Position numbers and translations under genes: made by a program. 59,358 bases of DNA, from positions 1 to 59,358 of the forward strand of contig CAXUCZ010000001.1 of assembly GCA_964249675.1 (NCBI GenBank). Direction: 5' to 3'. The notes beneath the pieces are model-generated. The model made no database searches. It saw only the letters and a list, made by a program, of their open reading frames with translations, and had not been told where the DNA came from. Below are positions 42,351 through 51,821 of the stretch, piece after piece. Each line of letters opens with the position of its first letter. Position 1 is the stretch's first letter. This DNA is from an uncultured Acetobacteraceae bacterium. GTDB lineage: Bacteria; Pseudomonadota; Alphaproteobacteria; Acetobacterales; Acetobacteraceae.

Positions 42351-43864
42351 CAGGCGACGCCGAGCGCGTTCTGGAGCTGGGTGAGCGCTGCCGGGCTTGC
42401 CTTGATCTCGGCCAGCAGCGCGGTGATCGTCGGCGTCGACACCGGGGCAGTGGTCGCCGGCGGCGCGCTGCTGGCTGCGGCCGCGATGGCGATCGGAACG
42501 CTGGCCGACGTGATGTTGGCAGCCGGCGGGGTCTGCTCGATGTAGAGCTGCAGGTCGTAGACGGTGCCTGCCGTCAGCGCGCCGATGGTGGCGACGACGT
42601 TATAGGTGCTGGTGCCGTCCGGCATGTTGTCGACCAGGGTGCCCTGGTAGGTCGTCTTGCCGCCGGTGATCAGGTTGAACTTGACGGTGGCAGCGCCACC
42701 CGTCGCCTTGGTCATGTTGAAGCTGTAGCGGCTGGATCCTGCGGTGCCGTTCGCCGAGTTGATGACCAGCTCGCCGCTCGTGGGTGCGGTGGTGACAGGT
42801 GCGGTGGTGGCGGGCGGTGTGCTCACGGGCGGTGTGCTCACGGGCGGTGCTCCTGTGCTGCTGCCAGACGTGCTCCCGCTGCCGCCGGTCGGGGTCGTCG
42901 CGGTGCTGGTGGTCGCGGCCTGCGCCGCGGTCAGGGTGAACTTCGGCTGCGTGCTGTTGTTGTTCGCAGCCTCCCAGTCGATGCCGCCGATCAACGTGCC
43001 GTCGCTGCCCGAGACGTTCATCCGGTCGTCGGTGCCCATGGTCTGCGCCCAGACCGTCTTGCCGTGCTTGATGGTCGAGCCGATCAGCCCGAGCGAGCCG
43101 GTCCAGATGTTAAGGTTGAACGTGCCGCTCTGGCCGTTCAGACCGACCTCGCCGAGATAGGCCGGGCAGCCCAGGCGCGCCTCGACCGCGGTCAGCTCGG
43201 CCTCGACGTTCTGCCAGCCAGCCTCGTCGTTGTTGTCGTAGTCGTGCACCTGCACGAAGGGCGTCTTGATGCCCGAGGTCAGCACGAAGCCCGAGCTGGT
43301 CGTGTCGCCGATCGAGCCCCAGTTGGTCGCGTTCTCGACGATGATCTGGTCGGTGCCGAGGATGTTCTGCAGCAGCGTGGAGAGCTGGTTGCGCAGGCCG
43401 GGTATCTTGGCCTGCATCGCAGCGGAGGTGCCGGCCCACTCGTTCACCGCGCCGATCATCGCGCGGGTCTTGTCGAAGCCGCGCGCGGCGAAGCGTTGGG
43501 CGCAGAGGGTGACGATCGCCTCGACCGTCGACCACTGGCTCTGGTCACCGTCGTTGAACACGTCCCAGCAGTCGAAGTGCCATTTCTGACCGGCGGCGAG
43601 CACCGCCGCGCCGCAGTCCAGGTAGGCGTCCACGTCGGCGGCGGTTGGCACCCAGGCGCCGGCCTTCCAGTTGGGGATGCCGAAGCTGGCGCCGCCGCCC
43701 GGCCCGACCGTGGTGTTCGGCATGAACGAACGGGTGTGCGTGCATCCCTGCGCGGTGCTCGACTTGATCGCCGAGGCCCAGAAGCTGGGCGTTGCCGAGG
43801 CGGTGCGCTCGATGTTGAACCCGGTCCCGAGACCGTTCGCATAGGCCCAGTTATTGGCAGGCAT
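42350..43864 (-). CDS. GH5-like (clan GH-A) glycoside hydrolase with C-terminal Ig-like/linker region
   Basis: Candidate catalytic pair VNEW... and YLGEVG. T/P/G/S-rich linker then a beta-rich C-terminus. Confidence 0.5.
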   Translation of the reverse strand: MPANNWAYANGLGTGFNIERTASATPSFWASAIKSSTAQGCTHTRSFMPNTTVGPGGGASFGIPNWKAGAWVPTAADVDAYLDCGAAVLAAGQKWHFDCWDVFNDGDQSQWSTVEAIVTLCAQRFAARGFDKTRAMIGAVNEWAGTSAAMQAKIPGLRNQLSTLLQNILGTDQIIVENATNWGSIGDTTSSGFVLTSGIKTPFVQVHDYDNNDEAGWQNVEAELTAVEARLGCPAYLGEVGLNGQSGTFNLNIWTGSLGLIGSTIKHGKTVWAQTMGTDDRMNVSGSDGTLIGGIDWEAANNNSTQPKFTLTAAQAATTSTATTPTGGSGSTSGSSTGAPPVSTPPVSTPPATTAPVTTAPTSGELVINSANGTAGSSRYSFNMTKATGGAATVKFNLITGGKTTYQGTLVDNMPDGTSTYNVVATIGALTAGTVYDLQLYIEQTPPAANITSASVPIAIAAAASSAPPATTAPVSTPTITALLAEIKASPAALTQLQNALGVA

Positions 43865-43899
43865 GATGAACTCCCCAAAAGCGCTCAGCCAGTCAGTGA

Positions 43900-44577
43900 T
43901 TACCCTACCGTAGTGTTTGGTCCTTGCGCTAGCTCCTGCGCATTGAGGTCGTCTGCGGTGAGGTCGTGCACAGGGTCCGGCGCGGGCGCCGCACGCATGG
44001 GTCCGGCGATCTTGGCATAGGCTGCCGCCAGCCGGGCCGAGTAGATCGAGACATTCCGCGGCCCGTTATAGGCCAGCGCGAAAGCGTGCCAGTTCTGCGT
44101 GCGCAGGTCGTAGGCCAGTCCCTGCGCCCCGAGAAAGGCGGCGAACATCGCCACCTGCTTGCCGCCCGAGGCGATGGCGTCGGTCACCATCGCGGTCACG
44201 TTGCGGTAGCCGGCGTCGTGGAAGTTCTCGCCCATGATCTGCCCGCAGCCCCAGCTCGTGCTCATCAGCGCGCCGGTTTCGTTGAACGTCATCGCGCGCT
44301 CGATCAGCGGGTAGCTGTCGTCGGGATACGGCAGCGTGCCGTAGTGCAGGCAGGCGATCTTGTCGGCGATGGCCTGGCTGCGATGATCCCCCGACACGTA
44401 GCGGATGAACTGGCAGGGCTCGAACAGGGCGGTGGGCCGGCCCTGGCTGTCGAAGCTGGCGCCCTGGGTCTCGACCTGCATGACCGCCTGCAGGTGGGCG
44501 ATGTCCAGGCTCAGGAGCTTGGCTGCCGCGGCCAGGTCGGTCAGCGTGTAATGCGTCGCAGATCCGGTGAAGATCAT
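43900..44577 (-). CDS. N-acetylmuramidase-family endolysin
   Basis: ATG 44577 (MIFTGSATHY...). VETQGASFDSQGRPTALFE...SWGCGQIMGENF...FALAYNGP resembles the Muramidase (PF11860) family. Confidence 0.7.
   Translation of the reverse strand: MIFTGSATHYTLTDLAAAAKLLSLDIAHLQAVMQVETQGASFDSQGRPTALFEPCQFIRYVSGDHRSQAIADKIACLHYGTLPYPDDSYPLIERAMTFNETGALMSTSWGCGQIMGENFHDAGYRNVTAMVTDAIASGGKQVAMFAAFLGAQGLAYDLRTQNWHAFALAYNGPRNVSIYSARLAAAYAKIAGPMRAAPAPDPVHDLTADDLNAQELAQGPNTTVG
43903..43918 (-). promoter_or_regulatory. class I element AACACTACGGTAGGG
   Basis: Overlaps the last codons and stop of the muramidase (ACT ACG GTA GGG TAA = TTVG*). 38 nt upstream of ATG 43864. Confidence 0.75.
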
Positions 44578-44582
44578 TCGGC

Positions 44583-47500
44583 TTATCCCCCCACGTTGGC
44601 AAAGCGACCGGCGCTGGTGAGCGCGCTGGTATCGCCGCGAGGCAGCCGCACCCCGAAGCTGCCGGGGTTCGCAGCCGCCTGGCGCGCGACCACCATGCGC
44701 TGGTTCAGCGCCCGCAGCAGGCTCTGATACTGGATCGGCGCGGTCGGGTTCTGCGCATTGTATTGCTGGATCTCGGCCCACACGTCGGTGCGGTCTGCCG
44801 GGTCTGCCTGGAGGAACTTCTGGGTCAGACCCGAGCGTGCCTGCTGCGCCTCCTGCATGGCTTCCTGGACCGCATAGTGCCCCTCGCGGAACTCCGAGAC
44901 CCGGCTCGGCTGGAAGCCCAGCCCCTGGGCGATGACCGAACCCGTGCTGATCTGGCTGGCCGGCAGCTCGACCTGCCCGGTCTTGGAATTGGTCACTCCC
45001 GTAGTGGCGAGGTTCGCCGCCTTCATCATGTCGCGGATGGGACGCGGCACGACGAGCTGGAAACCCGACGGGTCACCCTGTAGCAGCTTGCTGACGCCCG
45101 CCGCCTCGTTGCCGAAGTTCTCGGCGGTGGCGCCCGACATGATCTGCATCAGCGCCGTGGTGTAGCCCTTGGCGTCGAAGGTGTTGATGTCCGGCAGCTC
45201 GAGCATGTTGGACAGGCCGACGCGACGGTGGATGTCGATACCGGCGGCTTCCGGCAGGCCGCGCGCGATCACCTGCCCCAGCTCGGGACCGAACGTGTCC
45301 GACATCCAGCCGCGCACCGAGTTCTCGTAGTCGTGCGGGCTCTTGGCACTCGTCGCCCAGTCGTAGGCGCCGCCGATCAGGCGCAGCGGATCGGCGAGCA
45401 GGGTCAGCGTGCCGGCCATGGCGGCGTGGGTCGCGAGCACGCCGGCAAACGCCTTGCGCGCTTCCCAGCGCTCGGCCTTGGTCGCGCCCTGCATGGAGGC
45501 GCGCACCAGGTTGGCCATCATGCCGTATTGGTGGATGCCGTAGTTCTTGAACTGCATCAGCGGGCCGGCGAACTGCTTGAGCGGCCCGGCGCTGGTGGCG
45601 ATGCGCGCCTTGTTGCTGAAGTTGTAGTTCGGGGTTGCGCGCCGCAGGGTGTCGGTGGCGACGGTGGCTGCGCGGTCCACGTCGCCGCCGTTGCGCCGCA
45701 GTTCCAGGTCGAACGTGGCCTTGGCGATGGCGCTCTTGTTCGCGACGTCGACCGCGTGCGCGCCGGCTGCGTTGAAGTCCGAGAAGCGCTGCCACGACTT
45801 GCCCAGCGTCGAGCGGATCGCACCCGACGGGTTGGCCAGCCGCTGCGTCTCGCGCACCATCGTGTGGTCGATCAGGTTGGCGCGGTCGAGCTGGTCGAAC
45901 AGCGTTTTCATGTGGTCGGCCTTGGCGCCGGCCCGCACGAACTGCTGCTGCGCGTGCTTGGACAGGTCCCAGTCTGCCTGCTTGAGGCGCCCGCCCAGGC
46001 CGGCCAGGCTGTGCGTCAGCCCCTTGCCGGCAAGCCGCGGGGTGACGTCGGCCATCGCCTTGCTCAGCGCCAGCGTGGCGCGCGTGTAGCCGTGCCGGGC
46101 ACCGAGCAGCGCGGACGCGTTGGTGTGGCTCTCGATCGAGCTGGTGACCATGTGCGAGGGCGACATCAGCGACTGGGTGAACGAGAACGAGGTCGCCCGA
46201 CGGGCCAGCGCCGCCATCGCGCCACCCAGATCCTCGTTCGCCGCCGAGCGCTTGACCAGCTCGCGATAGACCTGCTGGGCGCGCACGGTGTCGTCGCTCG
46301 AGCCGCGGCGACCCAGGTCCTCGGCCACCAGGCGCATCATGCTCAGCGCGCTCTGGCGCGCCGCCGAGTGCTCCGCGTAGCCGACCCGCGAGGATGCCGA
46401 CAGGTGCTCCTGCGCCATCACGCGCGACTGGTCGATGCTGGCGCCCTTGACGCCGCGCCGCTTGGCGACCGCCGCCTCGCTCTTGGTGGCGTATTCGAGC
46501 ATGACCTTCTGCATCATCTCGCGCGCCTGCTCGGCCTGCTCGTCGCCGTGCTTCTTGGCGATGGCCATGACGGTGCGGTTGACCAGGTCGCTCTTGCCGG
46601 TGAGGTCGCCCAGCTTGCCCTCGTTGCGAAGCTGGACGGTGCTCAGCCCCTCGACGCCCTGCGCCTTCAGCTCGGCATAGCGGGCATCGGCATCGCCGCG
46701 CTTCTCGAAGCGCTCCATGCCGTAGGTCTCGAGGTTGTCCGGGTCACCGTAGCGGATGGTGTAGTCGCCGAACCGGCGCAGCGGGAAGTAGCCGCCCTCG
46801 ACGAAGCCCATGCGCTGCACCTTGGCGATGCCCTGCGCGATCGAACGGCTGTCCTCCCAGCCCTGGCTGAACGCGCGGGCCAGCGTCGCGTCGTCGCCGG
46901 TGCGGATGAACTCGTCCAGCGTCGTCTTGCTGCGCGTGACCTGGCTCAGCGCCTTGACCTGCTCGGGGGTGGCGTCGGGCAGGAAGTTGCCGATCATGCC
47001 TTTGAGATAGGCGTCGCGCTGCGCCCGGTAGCTCTCGGTGTAGAGCGCCTGCGCGCCCTTGACGGTGTCGCGGTCGGCCTTGCTCAGCCCGGCGAAGCGC
47101 GCCTGCAGCGCCTCGGACGCCTTGATGGCGTCGGGATCGGTGAGGTGCGGGTTGGCCTCGCCCAGGTTCGTCTTGCCGATGGTGGCGTCCACCATGAGCT
47201 GACCGAGATCGTCGCGTCCGGCGAGCCGCTGCCCCAACGTGCCGACGCGGTCGCGGAACTGCCGGTCGTAGGCGTTGCTCGAGTTCTGGATCGCCTCGGT
47301 GGTCTGGCGGAAATACTCGAGCGGGTTGGCGACCTTCAGCACCAGCCCCTTGTCGGGATCGGTGCTGCCGGCGTCGGTGGTGACATGCCGCCCCATCAGC
47401 TCGCGGTTGCGGTCCACCATGTTGTCCAGGTCCTGGCTGGCCAGTGCCGCCTCGCGCACCCGGTCGCCGATGCCGGGCCGGTCCACCAGGTCGAGCGCCC

Positions 47501-50500
47501 GGCCCAGCAGCGGTTTCCCGACGGTAGTGGCCGCACGGAACAGCGGCTCGGCGTGCTGGCGCAGCACCGGGTCGGACGGCGCCAGGGCGTCCATCGAGCG
47601 GTTCAGTCTGACCGCGCTGTCGGTCACGTCCTGCAGCGGGTGCAAAATATGGTCGAGCAGGCTGGTCTCGCTGGCGCTGCCGGACGGACCCAGTCCGACC
47701 GCACGTCGGACCCAGTCCGTGAAGTGCCGCCAGACCGAGGTGCCCGCCGGGCGCTGGCCAAAGCCCAGCTCGGCAAGGCGTGCGCGAAGCTGGTCGCTGG
47801 CCGGCAGGCTGGCTGCCAGCTCCTGCAGCCTGGCACCCGACATCAGGCCGGTATGCAGCTCGTGGATATCGCTCAGCGCATAGCCGAGATCGCGCCCGGT
47901 CTGGCTGGCCTGGAACTCGCGCCCCGCCGTGTTGTAGTGCCGGGACAGCTCCTCCATGATCGCCTGCAGCGCCTGCGCCTGCGGGTTCGACCGGTCCAGC
48001 TTCTCGAGCATGGTGATGTGGTCGGCGGTGACCGAGTGCAGGCCCTCATGCAGCAGGGTCTCGACCATCGAAGCCGGACGCGACGGATTGTTGTGCAGGA
48101 TGATATGCGCGCCGCCGCCCGACGTCGGGTTGTATGACCCGTAGGTATCGCCGCTGGCGTAGTCCTCGTCGTATTCCTTCTGCGACAGCAGTCCGTGGTC
48201 GAGCGCGCTGTCCTGGCTGTGCACCTCGATATCGGGTGCCACCTTGAGCAGGTGATCGGCGAGTGCCGCCATCGGGCGCATGCTCGACTTGATCCGCGCG
48301 TTGTTCGCGATCAGGCGATACAGTTCGTGCGCGGAGCTGGGACGATTGCGGTTCAGCTCGTTGTCGGCGAGCCGGGACGACACCACGGAATTAATGCGCG
48401 GGTCGGCCAGCGCCCGCACATATTCCGACTGCCCGCCGGCGCCGCCAGGCTCCACGTCGCGACGGTAGAGCGGACGCGAGATGCGCTCCGAGCCACTACT
48501 GTCGGCAGATGTCTCACCGCGTCCCTGGCGCTCCAGCTCGCGACGCGCCTCGTAGCCGACCGGGTCGCTGGTGCGATCCTCGACGGCCTGGTCGAGGCGG
48601 TCCTTGAGGTCGCGCAGCCGGTCCAGGTGCTCGGGATCCACCTCGGCCATGACCCGGTCGACGCGGCGGGTGAGTGCGGACATCGCCTGCGTGGTAGGCG
48701 GCTTCAGCGGCTTCTCGCCAGGCTTGAGCGCGCGCCGGGACTGTTCGCGCGCCGCCTGCATGTCGGCCAGCCGGTCGGCCTGCTCGCTCAGCACCTCGCG
48801 CTCGCGGGCCGGCGCGGTGTCGATCTGCTTCTGGATATAGTCGGACAGGTTCTTGTAGGCGCGCGGCCTGCCATCCTCCGACGCATCGCCGAACTCGTCG
48901 TGCGCCTCGGCAAGATCGAGATCGGCGTGGTCGCTCAGCAGGCGACGCATCAGGTTCGCGCCGATCTTGGCGGTGTTGGTGACGGACGCCGCGACCGAGC
49001 TTTCTTCCCTGGGCGCAGTGCCGTAGTCCTGCGTCACCTGGGTGCTGGGGCCGTCCTCGCCGCCAGCCTCCTCGCCCAGCTCGCCGGCGCGCTCGTCCTC
49101 GGTCTGCTCGCGATGCGCCTGGCCGCGCGCCTCGTCGGCATCGTAGCGCGAGCCGCCCTCGGCCAGCTTGTCGGACGCGTTGGCGCGGGCTTCCTCGGCG
49201 GCATCCACCACGCGGGTATCCTGGGTGTCGGCATGCAGCTCGGCCTCGCGCGGCGACATCGCCGGCTCGTCGAGCCCCTTGCCGCGCAGGAGCTGCATCA
49301 CGGTCTGCCCGGCATCGCCGAACTTCACACGCGAGCCGGGGATGTTCTTGCCGGCGTTGCTCTTAAAGAACTCAGCCAGCGCGTCGTGCGCCTCGCTCTC
49401 GCTCGGGCTGTCGCGCACCGCGCCGAGCGCTGCCTGTTTGAGGCTGTCGTGCAGCGCAGGCGGCAGGCCGGCCACGCGTGCCGCGCGCGAGGATGCGTCG
49501 ATGATGTCCTGGCGGACTTCCTGCGGGTTGCGCCCCTCGGTGCCGGCCTCGAGCCCCTTGCCCTCGTCCCCGACGGTGACGACCGTGCCCTTCATGCGTG
49601 CGCCGGGCGGTGCCCACTTCGCCTTGCCGGCGGCGCGCTTGGCGGCTGCCTGGGCGCGCAGGGTGTCGGCGACGGTGAGCGGCTTGGCAGCGGGCGCAGA
49701 TGCCGCCGGTGCGCCTGGCTCACTACGGTCGGGCAGCACGGGCGATGGAGCCGCCCTCTCCTGCGCCGGGAGCGAGCCAGCATCAGGAGAGGACGTCCCA
49801 CCCAGACTACCACCCGCGACAGGTGCGTCCAGTTCTCTTGGGGAGCCCGGCGTTTCTACTACGCTAGTGTTTGGTGCGGTAGCGTCTTGCACCGCTTCCG
49901 GCTGCGGCATGGTCACCGCGGTCGGCTCCTGCGGTGCCATCGGCGACAGCTCGCCGGGCGGACGGTCCACGCCAGCGGGTTCGCTTGGCGCGACAGGCGC
50001 AGGTGGTGGCGGCGGTGCGTTGTCGGGATGCAGCGGCGATAGCGGGCTCGGCGCCCCCTCGCCCGCCGGTGCGCTCGGCGCCTGCGGCGTCGGCATCCCT
50101 TCGGGCACGGCAGGCGCAGGCGCAGGCGCAGGTGCAGGTGTCGACTCGGGTGTCTGCGGCGTTGCTGCCGGGTTCTGCTTGGCCAGCAGCGCGTCGTGCT
50201 GGGCTTTGAGATCCACAAGCTTGAGCCCGGCCACGTCCTTGCGTGCCGCCCCGCCATCCACCAGGGCGTTGATGAAATCCTTGCGGGTCACCGGGGCCGG
50301 CTTCGGTGCCGGCGGTGTGGGCTCTGGCGGGGTGGTGCCCAGTCCCTCGGCCAGTGCCGCGTGCAGATCGGGTGCGACCGGCGCAGTGCTGTTCGGGCCG
50401 TTCTCCGCGGTCGGCACGGCAGGGGTCGCAGCCGGCGCCGTCGCCGCGTCGGTCGGCGCCTTCATCGCAGCGGCAGCCTGCGGGTCGACCGGCTTGGATG

Positions 50501-51821
50501 TGACCGGGTCCGACGCGCCTACGGGAGCCTTGGTCGGATCGAGCGTCTGACCGGTCGGACTGGCCGTGTCGATCGGCTTGTCCTCGCCGGCCTCGGTCTG
50601 GATGTCGCCGTGCGCGCCGCCATGCAGCACGCCGCCCGCACCACCCAGCACCGCGCCACCGATCGCGCCGCCCGCGACCGCCCTGGCCAGTGCCTCGGGA
50701 TCGAACTTCGACTGCGTGCCCAGCGTCTCGTTCTGCGACTGCTGGATGGCGTCGTCGGCGCCCGACTGGGCACCCATGGTGGCAGCGCCCTCGCCGCCGC
50801 CGATCAGCGCACGGATCGCGGTGCCGGCGCCGTCAGCGACACCCGCCGCACCCTTGCCGAGCAGGCCACCGACACCGACCGCACCCGCCGCACCGGCGAT
50901 GTAGTGTCCGAGCATCGGCATCGCGAGCGAGCCCACGATCGACCTCTTGGCGTCGTCCACCGACATGCCGGTCTCGCGCAGATGCGCGTAGGCCGGGCTC
51001 TGCATCATCGTCTTGTCGGAGGCGTTGTCGACCTGGTTGACGGTCTCGTTGTAGGCGGCACCCGCGTCCTGCATGCCGCCGACCTGCGCGGTCGTGACGA
51101 GCCCGGCCACCTTGGCGACGGTCGCGGCGGTGTCGGCTGCCAGCCCGACCTTGCTCGCGATACCGAGCGCCACCTTGCCAGCAAGGCCACCCGGCAGCAC
51201 CATCGTCGCTGCGGTCGGCAGCAGGTTGACAAGCGCCGTCGCCGCGTAGCGGGCGTAGCCGGCCTGGGCGACCGACGGCGCGTTCGGGTCCGAGCCGTCG
51301 CTGAACAGCGAGGCGTGGAACGCCTTCTGCTGCGCGGCGCTCATGTCGCCGATCTGGTTCTCGATGTGGCCCTGCAGGTTCGCCTTGGCCTGCTCGAGGA
51401 AGCGCACCGAGATCGGGTCCGCAGTCAGCTTGCGATCGACCAGCGACGCGGCGCCGACGATGTCCTGAACGCTGCCGAGGGCTGCCGCATTGAAGGTATG
51501 CAGCGCATCCGACGCCCAGCTCGACTTGGGGGTCGGTGCCGGCGGGGCTGGTGGCGGCGTGAAGCCGAAGCTCTGCCCGGCCTGCGGGTCCTCGAACTGG
51601 TTCTGGTCGATCGTCCCGCCGGTCGGGATCGCCTGCTGCGGCTGCTGGTAGGGGTCGGGCGTATTGGCGTAGGGGCTCGGCTGCTGCGAAAGCTGCTGCG
51701 GCGTCGGCGTGTCAGCCTGCGCCATCGGCAGGCCCTGCTGGGGCTGGCTCGGGCCAGCACCCATCATCCGGTCCTCGTATTCCTCCTGGTCTGCCTGGTC
51801 GGACGCAGCGCTTCCCGACAT
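44583..51821 (-). CDS. giant internal virion / DNA-ejection protein with zincin HExxH motif
   Basis: 2412-aa uninterrupted ORF after the SLT protein. HEGLH at 48037..48051. Q/P/A-rich low-complexity N-terminal third. Confidence 0.75.
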   Translation of the reverse strand: MSGSAASDQADQEEYEDRMMGAGPSQPQQGLPMAQADTPTPQQLSQQPSPYANTPDPYQQPQQAIPTGGTIDQNQFEDPQAGQSFGFTPPPAPPAPTPKSSWASDALHTFNAAALGSVQDIVGAASLVDRKLTADPISVRFLEQAKANLQGHIENQIGDMSAAQQKAFHASLFSDGSDPNAPSVAQAGYARYAATALVNLLPTAATMVLPGGLAGKVALGIASKVGLAADTAATVAKVAGLVTTAQVGGMQDAGAAYNETVNQVDNASDKTMMQSPAYAHLRETGMSVDDAKRSIVGSLAMPMLGHYIAGAAGAVGVGGLLGKGAAGVADGAGTAIRALIGGGEGAATMGAQSGADDAIQQSQNETLGTQSKFDPEALARAVAGGAIGGAVLGGAGGVLHGGAHGDIQTEAGEDKPIDTASPTGQTLDPTKAPVGASDPVTSKPVDPQAAAAMKAPTDAATAPAATPAVPTAENGPNSTAPVAPDLHAALAEGLGTTPPEPTPPAPKPAPVTRKDFINALVDGGAARKDVAGLKLVDLKAQHDALLAKQNPAATPQTPESTPAPAPAPAPAVPEGMPTPQAPSAPAGEGAPSPLSPLHPDNAPPPPPAPVAPSEPAGVDRPPGELSPMAPQEPTAVTMPQPEAVQDATAPNTSVVETPGSPRELDAPVAGGSLGGTSSPDAGSLPAQERAAPSPVLPDRSEPGAPAASAPAAKPLTVADTLRAQAAAKRAAGKAKWAPPGARMKGTVVTVGDEGKGLEAGTEGRNPQEVRQDIIDASSRAARVAGLPPALHDSLKQAALGAVRDSPSESEAHDALAEFFKSNAGKNIPGSRVKFGDAGQTVMQLLRGKGLDEPAMSPREAELHADTQDTRVVDAAEEARANASDKLAEGGSRYDADEARGQAHREQTEDERAGELGEEAGGEDGPSTQVTQDYGTAPREESSVAASVTNTAKIGANLMRRLLSDHADLDLAEAHDEFGDASEDGRPRAYKNLSDYIQKQIDTAPAREREVLSEQADRLADMQAAREQSRRALKPGEKPLKPPTTQAMSALTRRVDRVMAEVDPEHLDRLRDLKDRLDQAVEDRTSDPVGYEARRELERQGRGETSADSSGSERISRPLYRRDVEPGGAGGQSEYVRALADPRINSVVSSRLADNELNRNRPSSAHELYRLIANNARIKSSMRPMAALADHLLKVAPDIEVHSQDSALDHGLLSQKEYDEDYASGDTYGSYNPTSGGGAHIILHNNPSRPASMVETLLHEGLHSVTADHITMLEKLDRSNPQAQALQAIMEELSRHYNTAGREFQASQTGRDLGYALSDIHELHTGLMSGARLQELAASLPASDQLRARLAELGFGQRPAGTSVWRHFTDWVRRAVGLGPSGSASETSLLDHILHPLQDVTDSAVRLNRSMDALAPSDPVLRQHAEPLFRAATTVGKPLLGRALDLVDRPGIGDRVREAALASQDLDNMVDRNRELMGRHVTTDAGSTDPDKGLVLKVANPLEYFRQTTEAIQNSSNAYDRQFRDRVGTLGQRLAGRDDLGQLMVDATIGKTNLGEANPHLTDPDAIKASEALQARFAGLSKADRDTVKGAQALYTESYRAQRDAYLKGMIGNFLPDATPEQVKALSQVTRSKTTLDEFIRTGDDATLARAFSQGWEDSRSIAQGIAKVQRMGFVEGGYFPLRRFGDYTIRYGDPDNLETYGMERFEKRGDADARYAELKAQGVEGLSTVQLRNEGKLGDLTGKSDLVNRTVMAIAKKHGDEQAEQAREMMQKVMLEYATKSEAAVAKRRGVKGASIDQSRVMAQEHLSASSRVGYAEHSAARQSALSMMRLVAEDLGRRGSSDDTVRAQQVYRELVKRSAANEDLGGAMAALARRATSFSFTQSLMSPSHMVTSSIESHTNASALLGARHGYTRATLALSKAMADVTPRLAGKGLTHSLAGLGGRLKQADWDLSKHAQQQFVRAGAKADHMKTLFDQLDRANLIDHTMVRETQRLANPSGAIRSTLGKSWQRFSDFNAAGAHAVDVANKSAIAKATFDLELRRNGGDVDRAATVATDTLRRATPNYNFSNKARIATSAGPLKQFAGPLMQFKNYGIHQYGMMANLVRASMQGATKAERWEARKAFAGVLATHAAMAGTLTLLADPLRLIGGAYDWATSAKSPHDYENSVRGWMSDTFGPELGQVIARGLPEAAGIDIHRRVGLSNMLELPDINTFDAKGYTTALMQIMSGATAENFGNEAAGVSKLLQGDPSGFQLVVPRPIRDMMKAANLATTGVTNSKTGQVELPASQISTGSVIAQGLGFQPSRVSEFREGHYAVQEAMQEAQQARSGLTQKFLQADPADRTDVWAEIQQYNAQNPTAPIQYQSLLRALNQRMVVARQAAANPGSFGVRLPRGDTSALTSAGRFANVGG
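47517..47529 (-). repeat. class II element CACTACCGTCGGG (exact)
   Basis: Sense in the giant gene, encodes T-T-V-G. Confidence 0.9.
49722..49734 (+). repeat. class II variant CACTACGGTCGGG
   Basis: Antisense in the giant gene (P-D-R-S). Confidence 0.85.

Noticed and set aside
44583-51821. Giant protein as an N4-like or crAss-like virion RNA polymerase
   Set aside because: I could not find Rx3Kx6-7YG, T/DxxGR or DxDGD-type signatures by eye. It is kept only as a low-probability idea that needs profile or structure searches.
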